A stretch of 64,000 nucleotides of DNA from a virus, in IMG/VR virus record IMGVR_UViG_3300028197_000003, positions 1-64,000 of that record. The stretch is one strand, 5' to 3'. The notes beneath the pieces were generated by a model. That model did no database searches and was not told the origin of the DNA. It saw only the letters and a list, made by a program, of their open reading frames with translations. Below are positions 28,061-39,300 of the stretch, in pieces (the first letter of the stretch is position 1; every line of letters starts with the position of its first letter). The position numbers were made by a program, and so were the translations under genes.

Positions 28061-31000
28061 ATGCCACAGAACACCAATCTCAACGTTAGTCCATACTTTG
28101 ATGACTTTGATTCTGCAAAGAATTATACCAAAGTTCTGTTCAAACCAGGATCTCCTGTCCAAGCAAGAGAACTAACAACTTTCCAGTCTATCCTACAAGG
28201 ACAGATTGAAAAGTTTGGTAAACATATATTCAAGGAGGGATCTGTAGTTATCCCCGGTAAATTCAACTACGATCCTGACTATACGTATGTCAAAGTAGAA
28301 CCTACATTTTTTGGTGTTCCTGTAGAGTCCTACTACGATAAACTTATTGGTGCTCGCATCAAAGGTAAGATATCTGGGGTGACCGCTAAGGTGGTCAATA
28401 TTCTGTCAGGATCAACTTCTATTACTGGAAATACGACTCTCTACATGAAGTATGAGGGAAGTTCTACCGACCTGAAAAGTGATTCTTTTCTTGATGGAGA
28501 AAACCTTGTTACTCTAAAGGATTTTACTTACGGCGTCACTACTGTAACTGAAGGATCTGACTTTGCTACGGCAATTGCTGCTTCCGCAACTGGTACTGGT
28601 TGCTCCTTCAAACTAATTCGTGGAGTTTTCTTTGCCCGTGGTGCCTTTATTGAGGTTCCTACTGATACAATCATACTTGATCAATATACAAACCAACCAT
28701 CTTATCGAATTGGTTTCCAAGTTTCCGAAGAAATTGTCACTGCTATTGATGACAATAGTTTGTTCGATAATGCTGCAGGATTCTCCAACTTTACTGCTCC
28801 TGGCGCAGACCGACTAAAGATTAGTCTGTCTCTGACTAAAAAACCTTTGACAGATTTCAATGATGAAAGTTTCATTGAACTGTATCGTACAGACGAGGGT
28901 AAAGTCAAACAACTGGTTGACCGGACTGTTTATAATGAGATTGCTAAGGAATTTGCTCGCCGTACTTACGACGAAAGTGGTGACTACTATGTCCGTAAGT
29001 TCCCTATTGAAACTAAAGAATGCCTGAACGATAGGTATAGTGTCTTTGGGCAATTCTTATCTAATCGTCTGACTGAGGATGGCAATATCCCATCTAAAGA
29101 CTTGCTGTGTATTGGTGTGGGTCCTGGTAAGGCATATGTAAAAGGGTTTGAAAGTTATCTACAGGGTTATCGTAATATTGATGTTCCCAAACCTCGTACT
29201 ACTAAACTAATCAAGGATCGTGGCATTCCCTTCGTTGCGGGTAACCGCATGCGGGTCAACAATGTCTATGGTAATGCTCAAATCAAATTGAACGCAGGTT
29301 CAGCAGATTTTGTTGATCTACGTAGTAAAAGACTGCTTGCTAATAAAACTACTGCGGTTGGCGACAGCATCGGTCGTGCACGTGTATATGACTTCAAATT
29401 ACAAAATGCTGGGTATATAAACGATACGTCAGTTTTTGAGTTGATGGTTTTTGACATTCAACTTGATACTGTCATTACACTAAATGAAGCACTAACTTTA
29501 GAAGCACCTGCTCGTGTACAAGGTTCACAGTCTGGTGCTAAGGGAATGCTTAGGACTGCTATGAGTAACACCGTTTCTATGGTGTTGACTGATGTTGCAG
29601 GTACCTTCCAAGAAGATGAATCTTTGATTATCAATGGAGAACAGCAGGGTCGTGTAATCAACAGTGTTCGTGACTATGACATGCAAGATGTCAAGTCTGT
29701 TAGATCTACTGGCGGTTCTCGTACATTTGCTGCTGACCTCGTTCTAGAGGAAAAAACTGCATTCTCCAGCACGTTCCAACTGACAAGTGGTGGTGCTCTA
29801 ACTTCTTCTACCACTGGATGGGCAAAGAATCTTCGTATTGGTGATATTGTTTCTTACACTGATGTTTCCCAGACGGATCCTGTATATCTTGAAGTTAGTG
29901 TTGTTGCCGGAACTAATCAGAGTGCAACTCTAATCAACAGTTCTGATGGTGCTGTCAGTGGTGTCGCTCACAATGCTCTGCATGGTTCTGGCAACGTCAC
30001 TATCACTGATCTAACAGTAATCTCTGGAAAAATCAAAGATGCTGATCAAGGTTATCTGTATGCAGATATGCCTCACAAATATATTGAAAGTGTTGACCTG
30101 ACTGACGCTATTTTGTTTATCCGTAAAGAATACGGAAGTCAAAATACTAGTAGTGATGGACAGTTGACCCTACCATCATTAGTTGGTACAGATTTTATCT
30201 ATTCAGGATTTGATGAGGAGCGTTACTGTGTCAGTTATAGTGACGGTTCCGTTGAACCTCTTACTTCTGACCAGCTTGTTCTAACTGGTGGTTCTAAATC
30301 TGGAACTATTTCTGGACTGACCGCTAGTCAAAGCAATTTGGTTATTCAGACTGCCCAACAAAAATCATCAGTGTCTTCTAAGGTAAAGGCACTTGTCAAG
30401 CAGGCAAGTTTAGTTGTTATTGGTTCTGCCAACGTAAATTCTGGTATCTCTACTGGTATTGGTGATGGTCTTACTCCAAGTGGAGTATATGGCAAGCGTG
30501 TCCAAGACGATGAAGTCTCTCTGGATGTATGCGACGTAGTCACTGTGCACGCAGTGTTTGAATCTACAGGTGCTAGTTCTCCCACCATTCCTAACTTACA
30601 ACTCTCTTCCTTTACTGGAAGTGCAGGTGACAATAGTGATTTGATTGTTGGAGAAATTGGTGTTGGTAAGAGTTCAGGTGCTGCCGCTATGGTGTTGGCA
30701 CGTGAGGGTAGTAATACAGTTGAAGTCTGCATCAAGAACTCTAACAACTTTATTGTAACTGAAGAAATTGAATTTTCTGAAAGTGGAATCAAAGCAAATA
30801 TTTCTAGCGTAAATCCTGGAGATCCTAATATTCGCTCAAACTTCCTTCTAGATAATGGTCAACGTGAAGAATTTTATGACTTTGCCCGTCTTGTTCGTAA
30901 ACCTAATGCCACTAAACCTCAAGGGCAATTGAAGGTTTACTTCGACCACTACACTATCAACTCTCAAGATGGTGGTGATATTCTTACAGCATCTAGTTAT

Positions 31001-34000
31001 GAAAAACCAGAATACGACAGAGTGCCTGCGTTTGGAAACATCCGTAACACTGATATTATTGATTTGCGTCCTCGCGTAGCACCTTTTAGTGGATCTACTA
31101 GGTCACCATTTGAATTTGATTCTCGCAGTTTTGCAGGTGGAGGTCAGTCGGGTTCTAATGTTTTAGTTTCAGATGAAACTATTCAATTTGATTATAGGCA
31201 TTACTTAGCACGTAAAGATCGCTTGTATATCAATCAAACTAACACATTTACAGTCATACAGGGCACACCCGCTGAGCGTCCGGTGCTTCCTGATCCTATG
31301 ACCGACTCATTTGAGTTGGCACAAATTGATTATACACCCTATGTTTACGATGCTCGCTTTGATACTAAAGTAACTTTCAAAGCAAACCGTCGATATACTA
31401 TGAAGGATATTGGCAAACTTGAGAACAGGATTGACGATCTTGAAGAGATCACCTCTTTGTCCTTGCTTGAGGCAAAGACTGATAGTCTGACTATCAAAGA
31501 TCCTGACACTGGACTTGATCGTTTCAAAAATGGTTTTGTTGTTGACCCTTTCAATAACTTTGATATTGCAGATAAGACTCAGACTGAGATCAAATATGAA
31601 TTAGATAAGGGTGTTCTTATTGCTAAACAGCACCGGGATAGTATCGATCTGTTGATTGGTTCCAATACTATTGTTGGTCTAAATGGAGCTCCTGATCCTA
31701 CAGTAGATCCCCGTTATACCAATGATCTAGGTTCTCCTAACATTGTCAAGACTGGTGATGTGGTGACTCTGGCATACGAAGAAATTATTTCCGAAAGTCA
31801 GAATTTTGCCACACGCCTCGAAAGTGTGAACCCATATATGTACCGCGATTGGGGCGGTATCATGAATCTGACTCCTGATTCTGACGTTTTCATTGATCGC
31901 AATCAGGTTACGATTACTGAAGGTGAAGGATTTGCTAATGATTTCTTTGCACAAACTGAACCTCTTCCATTCCTACGTGAGCAGAACATTCAGTTTGATT
32001 GCACTGTGCTAAAACCAAATACACAGCACTTTGCATATTGGAATGGTACTGATATGACAGATGATAACTCATATGTTGTACCTAAACTGATTGAGGTTAC
32101 TCCTGGAAGTGGTTCTTTCCAGATCGGTGAAGCAATCCGTGGATATGCTTTTAGCAATCAAGTAAACAGTCAAGGATTTGACATTCGTTTCCGTCTTGCT
32201 TCACCAAACCATAAGGATGGTCCATTCAATTCTCCGACCATCATTTATAACCAAAACCCATACAACACTAATGTGGGTCTGTCTTCTGCATACTCTGAGA
32301 CTACTACCGTACTGAACGTTGACACTCAGGCATTGAACCAAAAGTCTGATGCTAATTTCTTTGGCACTCTGCAGACTGGTATGGTTTTGGTAGGAGAGTC
32401 CAGTGGTGCTCAAGCAACTGTTGCAGATGTTCGTCTGATTACTGACGAAACTGGATGTGTCCAAGGTTGTTATTACATCCCAGGAGACCTGTTCAGGGAC
32501 GGGGATCACACTGCATCAATGCGTCAAGTTCGTCCTGAGAATTTGATTCCTGGTAAGAACGTTAGTATTACTAGTTCTGAGTTCTTCAGTGAAGGTTTTG
32601 AGATCACTGAGACAACTGTGATCAGAACAGAACCTGCTCTGCCTGAACCAGTGATCAACAACATTACTAATATTACTAACAATACTACAAATAACATCAC
32701 CAATGTTACAAATAACGTTCGTAACGTCCAGAACGTCCAGAATGTTACAAACGTTACAAACGTTCAGGAGAACAACAACGACGATCCTTTGGCACAGTCC
32801 TTTGTAGTTACTGATAGTCCTGGTATTTTCATGACTGGTGTGGATATGTTCTTCCAGAGCAGATCTGAAACCATTCCACTCAAGGTTCGTATTGTTCCTT
32901 TGGAAAATGGTTATCCTTCTGTGAAGGTGATGAAGCATAGTGAAGTTGAATTGAACCCAGATCAAGTCAATATTTCTAACAACGGTTCTGTTCCTACTCG
33001 CTTTACTTTCCCTGCACCTGTCTACCTGCCTGCAGGTGACTATGCTTTCTATCTTGGTTCTGCATCTGGTGATTATGACGCCTGGATTTCTCAGGTGGGT
33101 GAATCAGACATCAACACTCTGAACATCAACCAGTTCCAAAAAGTTGTAGTTGCTAAGCAACCTGCTCAAGGGTCTTTGTTCAAAGCACAGAGCAACAACA
33201 CCTGGACTGCTTCACAGTTAGAAGACTTGAAGTATGTGTCTTATAAAGCAAAGTTCACTGCAAATACAGCAAGCATTCGACTTTATAATCCACAACTAAA
33301 TCTCTACGGCACAAGAAACAAACTTCCAACTAACCCAGTTGAAACATTTGCTAAGCGGGTGTTTGTTGGTCTATCCTCCGGTATGGAGAACAACCCTCAT
33401 ATCGTTGAGGGAACCATCGTGTCTCAAGCAAATAACACTACCGCTCGCGGTGTGGTTGCTGAGAAATTATCTCACCTGGGAGTTGCTGCAAACACAATCA
33501 AAATCACTAATTCGGGTTCTGATTATGAAGATGGCACTTACAGCAACGTTTCTTTACTGACCGTCACTGGTCGTGGTCTGTCTGGAGTTGGCATTGTAAC
33601 CGTCAGTAGTGGTGCTATCACCCAAGCAACCGTCAAGGGATTCCAAACTGGAGAAGGTTATAAAGTTGGTGATACTCTGACTGCCAACCTTGGTACTAAG
33701 GGTCTAGGAAACAACCTTCTTCTAACTGTTGGTGTTACCACTGCTGTTAGTGGTTTGGTCTTGACCAATGTGTCAGGTTCTGATTTCAATACTAGTGATG
33801 CAGTCTCTTATATTCCTACTGCTGGTGCTGGTGTTGGTATTGCTTCAGTGCAGGGGGCAATTGTTCCTGACACTGTAACTATCAATACTGATGAGTACGA
33901 TGGTCGCCATTTCAAGGTCAACCATCCCAATCATGGTAACCACTCTGGCACATCGTTTGTGACTCTAGAAGGCATTACTGGTGACAGTGTTCCTACTCGC

Positions 34001-35200
34001 CTCAGTGTTGGTTATGCCGCAAGTGTCACCTCTGTTGTGAGTGTGGCAAGCAGTATTGGATTCAACATGTTTGAAGGTGCTCAAGTCACTCCTAGCAATC
34101 CCGGTTTTGCCGTGATTGGTGATGAGATCATCAGTTACACATCTGTTGGTACCAACCAACTGACAGGAACAATTACTCGTAACATTGATAACTCTATTGT
34201 TATGAACCATGAAATTGATGCTCCTGTTCAGAAGTATGAACTTGCTGGCGTCTCCCTCCGTAAGATCAATAAGCAGCATAATTTCACTGATGTCGCTAAT
34301 TCTATTGATGGCAAAATCGGTTTTGATTATTATTATCTGAAGCATGGTGGTAGTAACTTCTTTGCTAAAGATAAAATTGGTGGTGGTGATCGTGGACGTG
34401 GTTCTGCAAACATTGCATTTGATACCGTCAACCCTAACATTGCTCATAGTGCTCCTACCGGCACACAAGTGACAGGCAAAATACGTACCACTTCTGGTAC
34501 TAGTGTGGACGGTTCTGAGGCATCATTCTTGGATCAAGGATTTGAGGACATTTCTTTACTTGGCAAAACTGAGTTCAAAACTACTCGAATCATCGCTTCC
34601 CGCGATAATGAGCAACAGAAGAATACCTTGCTGACTTTGCCTGGTGCTAAGTCCTTCACTTTTGAAGCAACTATGAGTAGTGATAATGAGAATGTGTCTC
34701 CTGTAATTGACGTATTCAAGTCATCTATCCTTACAGAATCTAATCGGATCAACAATCCCGTTTCTAACTATAAGACTGACCGTCGTACTAATGGAACTGA
34801 AGATCCTCACAATATGATCTATCAGACAAAGGAAGTTCTCCTTGAGAACCCTTCCACTTCTCTGAAAGTTCTCTTCGCTACCAACCGCCCTGCTGCAAGT
34901 GACATTCGTGTCTTGTATCGTTTGAAGCGTGAAGACGCTGCTGACTTTGATAAGGTGTTTGAACTGATGCCTGGTTTCAGCAACCTGGATTCGGATGGTG
35001 ACATCCTCAACGCGAAGAACAACGATGGTAAGACCGACAAGAAGACTTCTGCAAGTCTTGAGGGTCACTTCAATGAGTACGAGTACACCGCAAACAACGT
35101 TCCTGCTTTTACAGCATTCCAAGTGAAGATTGTATTCAATAGCACGAACTCTGCAGAGGCACCCAAACTTCTAGATTTCCGCACCATTGCAGTTGCATAA
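28061..35200 (+). CDS. VrlC-like / DUF4815-type large virion (tail-associated) protein
   Basis: NLNVSPYFDDF...VLFKPG.PVQARELT, APGADRLKI, ARRTYDESGDY, FKNGFVVDPF, DPLAQSF, W.ASQ.EDLK. Confidence 0.8.
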   Translation: MPQNTNLNVSPYFDDFDSAKNYTKVLFKPGSPVQARELTTFQSILQGQIEKFGKHIFKEGSVVIPGKFNYDPDYTYVKVEPTFFGVPVESYYDKLIGARIKGKISGVTAKVVNILSGSTSITGNTTLYMKYEGSSTDLKSDSFLDGENLVTLKDFTYGVTTVTEGSDFATAIAASATGTGCSFKLIRGVFFARGAFIEVPTDTIILDQYTNQPSYRIGFQVSEEIVTAIDDNSLFDNAAGFSNFTAPGADRLKISLSLTKKPLTDFNDESFIELYRTDEGKVKQLVDRTVYNEIAKEFARRTYDESGDYYVRKFPIETKECLNDRYSVFGQFLSNRLTEDGNIPSKDLLCIGVGPGKAYVKGFESYLQGYRNIDVPKPRTTKLIKDRGIPFVAGNRMRVNNVYGNAQIKLNAGSADFVDLRSKRLLANKTTAVGDSIGRARVYDFKLQNAGYINDTSVFELMVFDIQLDTVITLNEALTLEAPARVQGSQSGAKGMLRTAMSNTVSMVLTDVAGTFQEDESLIINGEQQGRVINSVRDYDMQDVKSVRSTGGSRTFAADLVLEEKTAFSSTFQLTSGGALTSSTTGWAKNLRIGDIVSYTDVSQTDPVYLEVSVVAGTNQSATLINSSDGAVSGVAHNALHGSGNVTITDLTVISGKIKDADQGYLYADMPHKYIESVDLTDAILFIRKEYGSQNTSSDGQLTLPSLVGTDFIYSGFDEERYCVSYSDGSVEPLTSDQLVLTGGSKSGTISGLTASQSNLVIQTAQQKSSVSSKVKALVKQASLVVIGSANVNSGISTGIGDGLTPSGVYGKRVQDDEVSLDVCDVVTVHAVFESTGASSPTIPNLQLSSFTGSAGDNSDLIVGEIGVGKSSGAAAMVLAREGSNTVEVCIKNSNNFIVTEEIEFSESGIKANISSVNPGDPNIRSNFLLDNGQREEFYDFARLVRKPNATKPQGQLKVYFDHYTINSQDGGDILTASSYEKPEYDRVPAFGNIRNTDIIDLRPRVAPFSGSTRSPFEFDSRSFAGGGQSGSNVLVSDETIQFDYRHYLARKDRLYINQTNTFTVIQGTPAERPVLPDPMTDSFELAQIDYTPYVYDARFDTKVTFKANRRYTMKDIGKLENRIDDLEEITSLSLLEAKTDSLTIKDPDTGLDRFKNGFVVDPFNNFDIADKTQTEIKYELDKGVLIAKQHRDSIDLLIGSNTIVGLNGAPDPTVDPRYTNDLGSPNIVKTGDVVTLAYEEIISESQNFATRLESVNPYMYRDWGGIMNLTPDSDVFIDRNQVTITEGEGFANDFFAQTEPLPFLREQNIQFDCTVLKPNTQHFAYWNGTDMTDDNSYVVPKLIEVTPGSGSFQIGEAIRGYAFSNQVNSQGFDIRFRLASPNHKDGPFNSPTIIYNQNPYNTNVGLSSAYSETTTVLNVDTQALNQKSDANFFGTLQTGMVLVGESSGAQATVADVRLITDETGCVQGCYYIPGDLFRDGDHTASMRQVRPENLIPGKNVSITSSEFFSEGFEITETTVIRTEPALPEPVINNITNITNNTTNNITNVTNNVRNVQNVQNVTNVTNVQENNNDDPLAQSFVVTDSPGIFMTGVDMFFQSRSETIPLKVRIVPLENGYPSVKVMKHSEVELNPDQVNISNNGSVPTRFTFPAPVYLPAGDYAFYLGSASGDYDAWISQVGESDINTLNINQFQKVVVAKQPAQGSLFKAQSNNTWTASQLEDLKYVSYKAKFTANTASIRLYNPQLNLYGTRNKLPTNPVETFAKRVFVGLSSGMENNPHIVEGTIVSQANNTTARGVVAEKLSHLGVAANTIKITNSGSDYEDGTYSNVSLLTVTGRGLSGVGIVTVSSGAITQATVKGFQTGEGYKVGDTLTANLGTKGLGNNLLLTVGVTTAVSGLVLTNVSGSDFNTSDAVSYIPTAGAGVGIASVQGAIVPDTVTINTDEYDGRHFKVNHPNHGNHSGTSFVTLEGITGDSVPTRLSVGYAASVTSVVSVASSIGFNMFEGAQVTPSNPGFAVIGDEIISYTSVGTNQLTGTITRNIDNSIVMNHEIDAPVQKYELAGVSLRKINKQHNFTDVANSIDGKIGFDYYYLKHGGSNFFAKDKIGGGDRGRGSANIAFDTVNPNIAHSAPTGTQVTGKIRTTSGTSVDGSEASFLDQGFEDISLLGKTEFKTTRIIASRDNEQQKNTLLTLPGAKSFTFEATMSSDNENVSPVIDVFKSSILTESNRINNPVSNYKTDRRTNGTEDPHNMIYQTKEVLLENPSTSLKVLFATNRPAASDIRVLYRLKREDAADFDKVFELMPGFSNLDSDGDILNAKNNDGKTDKKTSASLEGHFNEYEYTANNVPAFTAFQVKIVFNSTNSAEAPKLLDFRTIAVA
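32655..32780 (+). repeat. Asn-rich N-[VI]-[TQ] tripeptide low-complexity repeat
   Basis: INNITNITNNTTNNITNVTNNVRNVQNVQNVTNVTNVQENNND immediately before DPLAQSF. Confidence 0.85.
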
Positions 35201-35332
35201 ATGAAAGATCAAAGCGATCGTAAGGTCGCTAAGAGAATCATCAAACTTGCAAAGAAAAATCCGGAGTATTACACTCCGGAAGAAATACTTTATGCTAAAA
35301 TGATCAAACGTGTAAATAAAAAGAAAAAATGA
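35201..35332 (+). CDS. Small basic hypothetical protein (43 aa; not in ORF track)
   Basis: ATG directly after upstream stop; MKDQSDRKVAKRIIKLAKKNPEYYTPEEILYAKMIK... Confidence 0.6.
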   Translation: MKDQSDRKVAKRIIKLAKKNPEYYTPEEILYAKMIKRVNKKKK

Positions 35333-35359
35333 GTTGGGGTTTTCTCTGGGAGTTTCTCT

Positions 35360-35554
35360 ATGAACAAGAAGATCAAGGTGAAGGATCATCCGAATCTAGT
35401 GAGGGATCCGAATAATAACGCTATTGTATCCACAGACAAAAGAGGATACCAAAAATATATTGCTGAACGTGAAGAAAAAATTAGCAAAAATAATAAAATT
35501 GCAGAGTTGGAAAAACGACTAGCATATCTAGAGAAAGTATTACTTGAAAGGTGA
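35360..35554 (+). CDS. Small hypothetical protein with coiled-coil C-terminus
   Basis: KVKDHPNLVRDPNNNAIV pattern; same strand as operon. Confidence 0.75.
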   Translation: MNKKIKVKDHPNLVRDPNNNAIVSTDKRGYQKYIAEREEKISKNNKIAELEKRLAYLEKVLLER

Positions 35555-35556
35555 AC

Positions 35557-35564
35557 TATAAATA
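35557..35564 (+). promoter_or_regulatory. T4 late promoter (TATAAATA)
   Basis: Perfect T4 late consensus, 23 bp upstream of the 35587 start. Confidence 0.85.
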
Positions 35565-35586
35565 ATAGTACCAAAGAACTCGGAAA

Positions 35587-35922
35587 ATGGCAGTCCCCGT
35601 CGTCAATATTCAAATTGAACAGGGGACTCATTTTTCCGCGACATATAATATTACTGGAGCTGATGGGAATCCTTTAGACCTTTCTAATCATAGCATTTCA
35701 GCTAAGATGGGTAAGTATGAAGGTTCTCAAGGTATTGGATTTGGTGTAACTTTCGGTGGCACTCCTTCCCAAGGTAAAATTACTATATCACTTACTGATG
35801 TAGTAAGTGGTATTGTCACTTCTGGTAGATATAATTATGATGTTTTGGCTAAGAATGATATTACCGGAAAGTCCACAAAAGTAATTAGTGGGCAGGCTCA
35901 AGTAAATGCGACGATTACCTGA
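35587..35922 (+). CDS. Small beta-rich virion structural protein
   Basis: NIQIEQGTHF...G.PLDLS...GRYNYDV pattern; follows a late promoter. Confidence 0.7.
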   Translation: MAVPVVNIQIEQGTHFSATYNITGADGNPLDLSNHSISAKMGKYEGSQGIGFGVTFGGTPSQGKITISLTDVVSGIVTSGRYNYDVLAKNDITGKSTKVISGQAQVNATIT

Positions 35923-36302
35923 TGGAAAACCAGTATTTCGTATCACTTTCAAGCGATGGTGGTTTTGCAGTTTCTTTATCTGATGATGGTCTTGCTGCAT
36001 TAGAAGCAGGATCTTTTTCAGTTTCTTTGCAATCTTTAGGAGATACATCTAGTGGAGGAGGAGGTGTGAGTCGGTTATTCAATCTTGATGATGTCAACAC
36101 AACTAATTTGACTGGAGCAACTGACAAGTTTGTTCTAATTTATGATGGTCCATCAAACTCTTTCAAGTTTGTAAACCCAGATGAGGTTGTTGACAATGCA
36201 ATTGCTGACTCACCGGGTCCCGCAGGACTTACTGATACTGCTATTGACTATCTTGACACTGCCCTTGATGACAAGATAGATCTAGATGGTGGAACTTTCT
36301 GA
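35922..36302 (+). CDS. Fibre-associated structural protein
   Basis: LDDVN, FVLIYD...FKFV, ends DLDGGTF like the fibre's IDGGSF. Confidence 0.7.
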   Translation: MENQYFVSLSSDGGFAVSLSDDGLAALEAGSFSVSLQSLGDTSSGGGGVSRLFNLDDVNTTNLTGATDKFVLIYDGPSNSFKFVNPDEVVDNAIADSPGPAGLTDTAIDYLDTALDDKIDLDGGTF

Positions 36303-36314
36303 GTAGTTCTACTT

Positions 36315-36321
36315 CTAAATA
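36315..36321 (+). promoter_or_regulatory. T4-like late promoter box (CTAAATA)
   Basis: Upstream of fibre gene, inside CTTCTA/TAGAAG inverted repeat. Confidence 0.6.
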
Positions 36322-36379
36322 TAGAAGATGAATGCATTCGTGATTCTTCAGTGAATATTCAAAATCACAAATAAAGTAA

Positions 36380-39300
36380 ATGGCTGCACCTGTTTTACAG
36401 TTCAAGCGCGGTAGTCTTGCCGCCCTCCCCGGTCTGCAGGCTGGCGAACCCGGTTGGGTGACCGACAGTTATGACCTTTTTGTGGGTATTGACTCCAATA
36501 CAAGTAACAATAAAGTTGTTGGATCTGCTCGTTACTGGACCCGCGAAGGCACTACATCTGGTAGTGCAGTCCGGATGGTTGAGGGTACGAACAACGGACA
36601 ACACTACGTCTCTTTAGGTGCTCCTGCCGCACTAACTTCTAGTGAGGAGTATATCCTTCCTGCCGCTGCTGTAGCAGGCGGGTACATGAAGGTAGACGGA
36701 TCAGGCAATATGTCCTGGTCTACAGAAATTGATATTGATACCCCTCTCTCGGTGTTGGACATCGACGGTGGTACTGATATTGGTGCTGACCTGGCTGATG
36801 GCGACCTCCTGATTGTTGATGACGGCGGCGGAGGGACGAACCGAAAGACGGCACTGTCTCGCGTCAAGACTTATGTTCTTGGTGGTGGTGCTGGTGCTAG
36901 TTTTGCTGCTATCAATGTTTCTGGCATTGGTTCTATTGCTTTTGTCAAGAGCAGCACTGGTACCTTTACTGGTGTCGTTACTGCCTCTTCCTTTGACGGC
37001 GACCTTGCTACTAGCAACCTGACTGGTACGGTTGCTAATAATCAACTTACTAATAGTACAGTTTCTTTTGGTGGCATTTCACTGGCACTGGGTGCCGCTG
37101 ATGCTACTCCTGCTTTCAACCTGCAAGATGCAACCGGTTATCTGACTTCCAACTTGGTTGGAACGATCACCAATGCTCAGTTGGCTGGTTCGATTGTTGA
37201 TGGCAAACTAAATCAGATCACATCTGCTAATAAGGTTGATGTTTCTGCTATTGACATTGATGGTGCTACCGACATCGGTGCTGACCTAGTTGATGCTGAT
37301 CTTCTGGTTGTAGATGACGGTGCTGGTGGCACCAACCGTAAGACGGCAATGTCCCGCGTCAAGGATTATGTCCTTGGTGGTGGTGCTGGTGCAAAATTCG
37401 TAAACCTCCAGGCAACTGGCATTACGACCACCGTCCAGTTACAAACAGTTGACATCAATGTGTCTGCTGGTGCAACTGTTACCGGTGCTCTTGATGTTGA
37501 TGGTGGTGCAAACATTGCTTCTGGTCTGACCGTAACTGGTGGACTGACTGCAAACTCCGCAATTGTTTCTGACCTGACTGACGGTCGTGTCGTTCTTGCT
37601 GGTACTTCTGGAGAACTGGAAGACAGTGGCAACCTGACCTTCAACGGTTCAACTCTTGCTGTAACGGGTGCTGCAACTGTATCCACAAATCTAGGAGTTT
37701 CTGGAGAGGCAACTCTTGCTTCTGCCACCATTAGTGACCTGACCGATAACCGGGTTCTGATTGCTGGTACTGCTGGTGCAGTTGAAGACAGCGGCAACCT
37801 GACCTTCGACGGTTCTGATCTGGGCGTGACCGGTGATGTCACCGCTTCAGGCACTGTCCAAGCTGCAAACGTCACTGCTACTACCGCAGCAACTCTTGCT
37901 TCTGCTGCTGTCCAAGACCTGACTAATGGTCGGGTGGTTCTGGCAGGTGCTGGTGGTGAACTGGGTGATGACTCTGGTCTTACCTACGGTGACAACGATC
38001 TCCGTGTTACTGGTGGCATCAACGCTACTGGTATTGCCTCTGCTACCTCGTTTGCAACGGGTGCTGAAGGTTCTGCAATCATTGTTACCAGTGACACGAT
38101 CACTGGTCCTTCTTCGATCACCCTTGACCCTGCTGCTCTCAACGACAACAGCGGTACGGTGTTCATTCTAGGTGACCTGCAAGTCAAGGGCACCACGACT
38201 CAAGTTGACTCCACCACGGTTTCTGTTGCCGACTTGGCAATCGAAGTTGCTAAGGGTGCTGCCAACGATGCTGCTGCCAACGGTGGTGGTTTCACGGTTG
38301 ATTCAGGTGATGGTGACAAGACCTTCCACTTTGAAGCACTGGGTGACAACTTCGGTTCTTCTGAAAACCTGAACCTCGCTTCTGGCAAAGTCCTCAAGGT
38401 CGCCAACACTGAGATTCTGAGTGCTGCTGCACTTGCTTCTAGCGTTAGCGTTGACGTTGCTTCCATCAACTTGGATGGTGCAACTGCAATCGGTGCTGAC
38501 CTGGTTGACGCTGATCTCTTCCTGGTTGACGACGGTGCAGGCGGAACGAACCGCAAAATCACTGCTACTGAGATCAAGGATTACATGCTCGGCGGTGGTG
38601 CCGGTGCAAACTTCGCTGCAATCAACGTCTCCGGTATTTCTACCGTTGGGTTCGCTGAAGCTACAACCCTGAAGGTTGGTGCTGGTGCGACTGTCACGGG
38701 TGCTCTTGACGTAGACGGCGGTGCTAACATCGCTAGTGGTTTGGTTGCAAACTCCGCTAAAGTTTCTGACCTAACTTCTGGTCGCGTCGTTCTTGCTGGT
38801 ACTGACGGTGAGATCCAAGACAGCGGCAACCTGACCTTCGATGGTTCTACTGTCGGCGTCACTGGCGGCATCACCGTCTCTGGTGCTGTTGATGCAAACG
38901 GCGGCATGGATGTCGCTGGTGGTTTCGTCGCCAACTCTGCTAAGGTCTCTGACCTGACCTCTGGTCGCATTGTCCTTGCTGGCACTGCTGGCGAACTGGA
39001 AGACAACAGTGCACTTACCTTCAACGGATCAACCTTTGCTGTCACGGGTGCTGCAACTGTCAGCACTAACCTAACGGTTACTCAAGAACTGAGTGCTCGC
39101 GACGCTTCACTACGTAACGTAGTTTCCAGTGGTGTAATTACAGCAACCAACCTTCGCAACGCTGCTGCTGGTCTGCTTCCTCTGGTTGGTGTATCCAGTG
39201 CTTCTGGTCACACCGGCATCGTTACCGGATTCAAGTTCAACGGTACTGGCGTTGAAGCATACAAGGTTGAAGATGGCACTGCAACTGTCACCCTGTCGGG

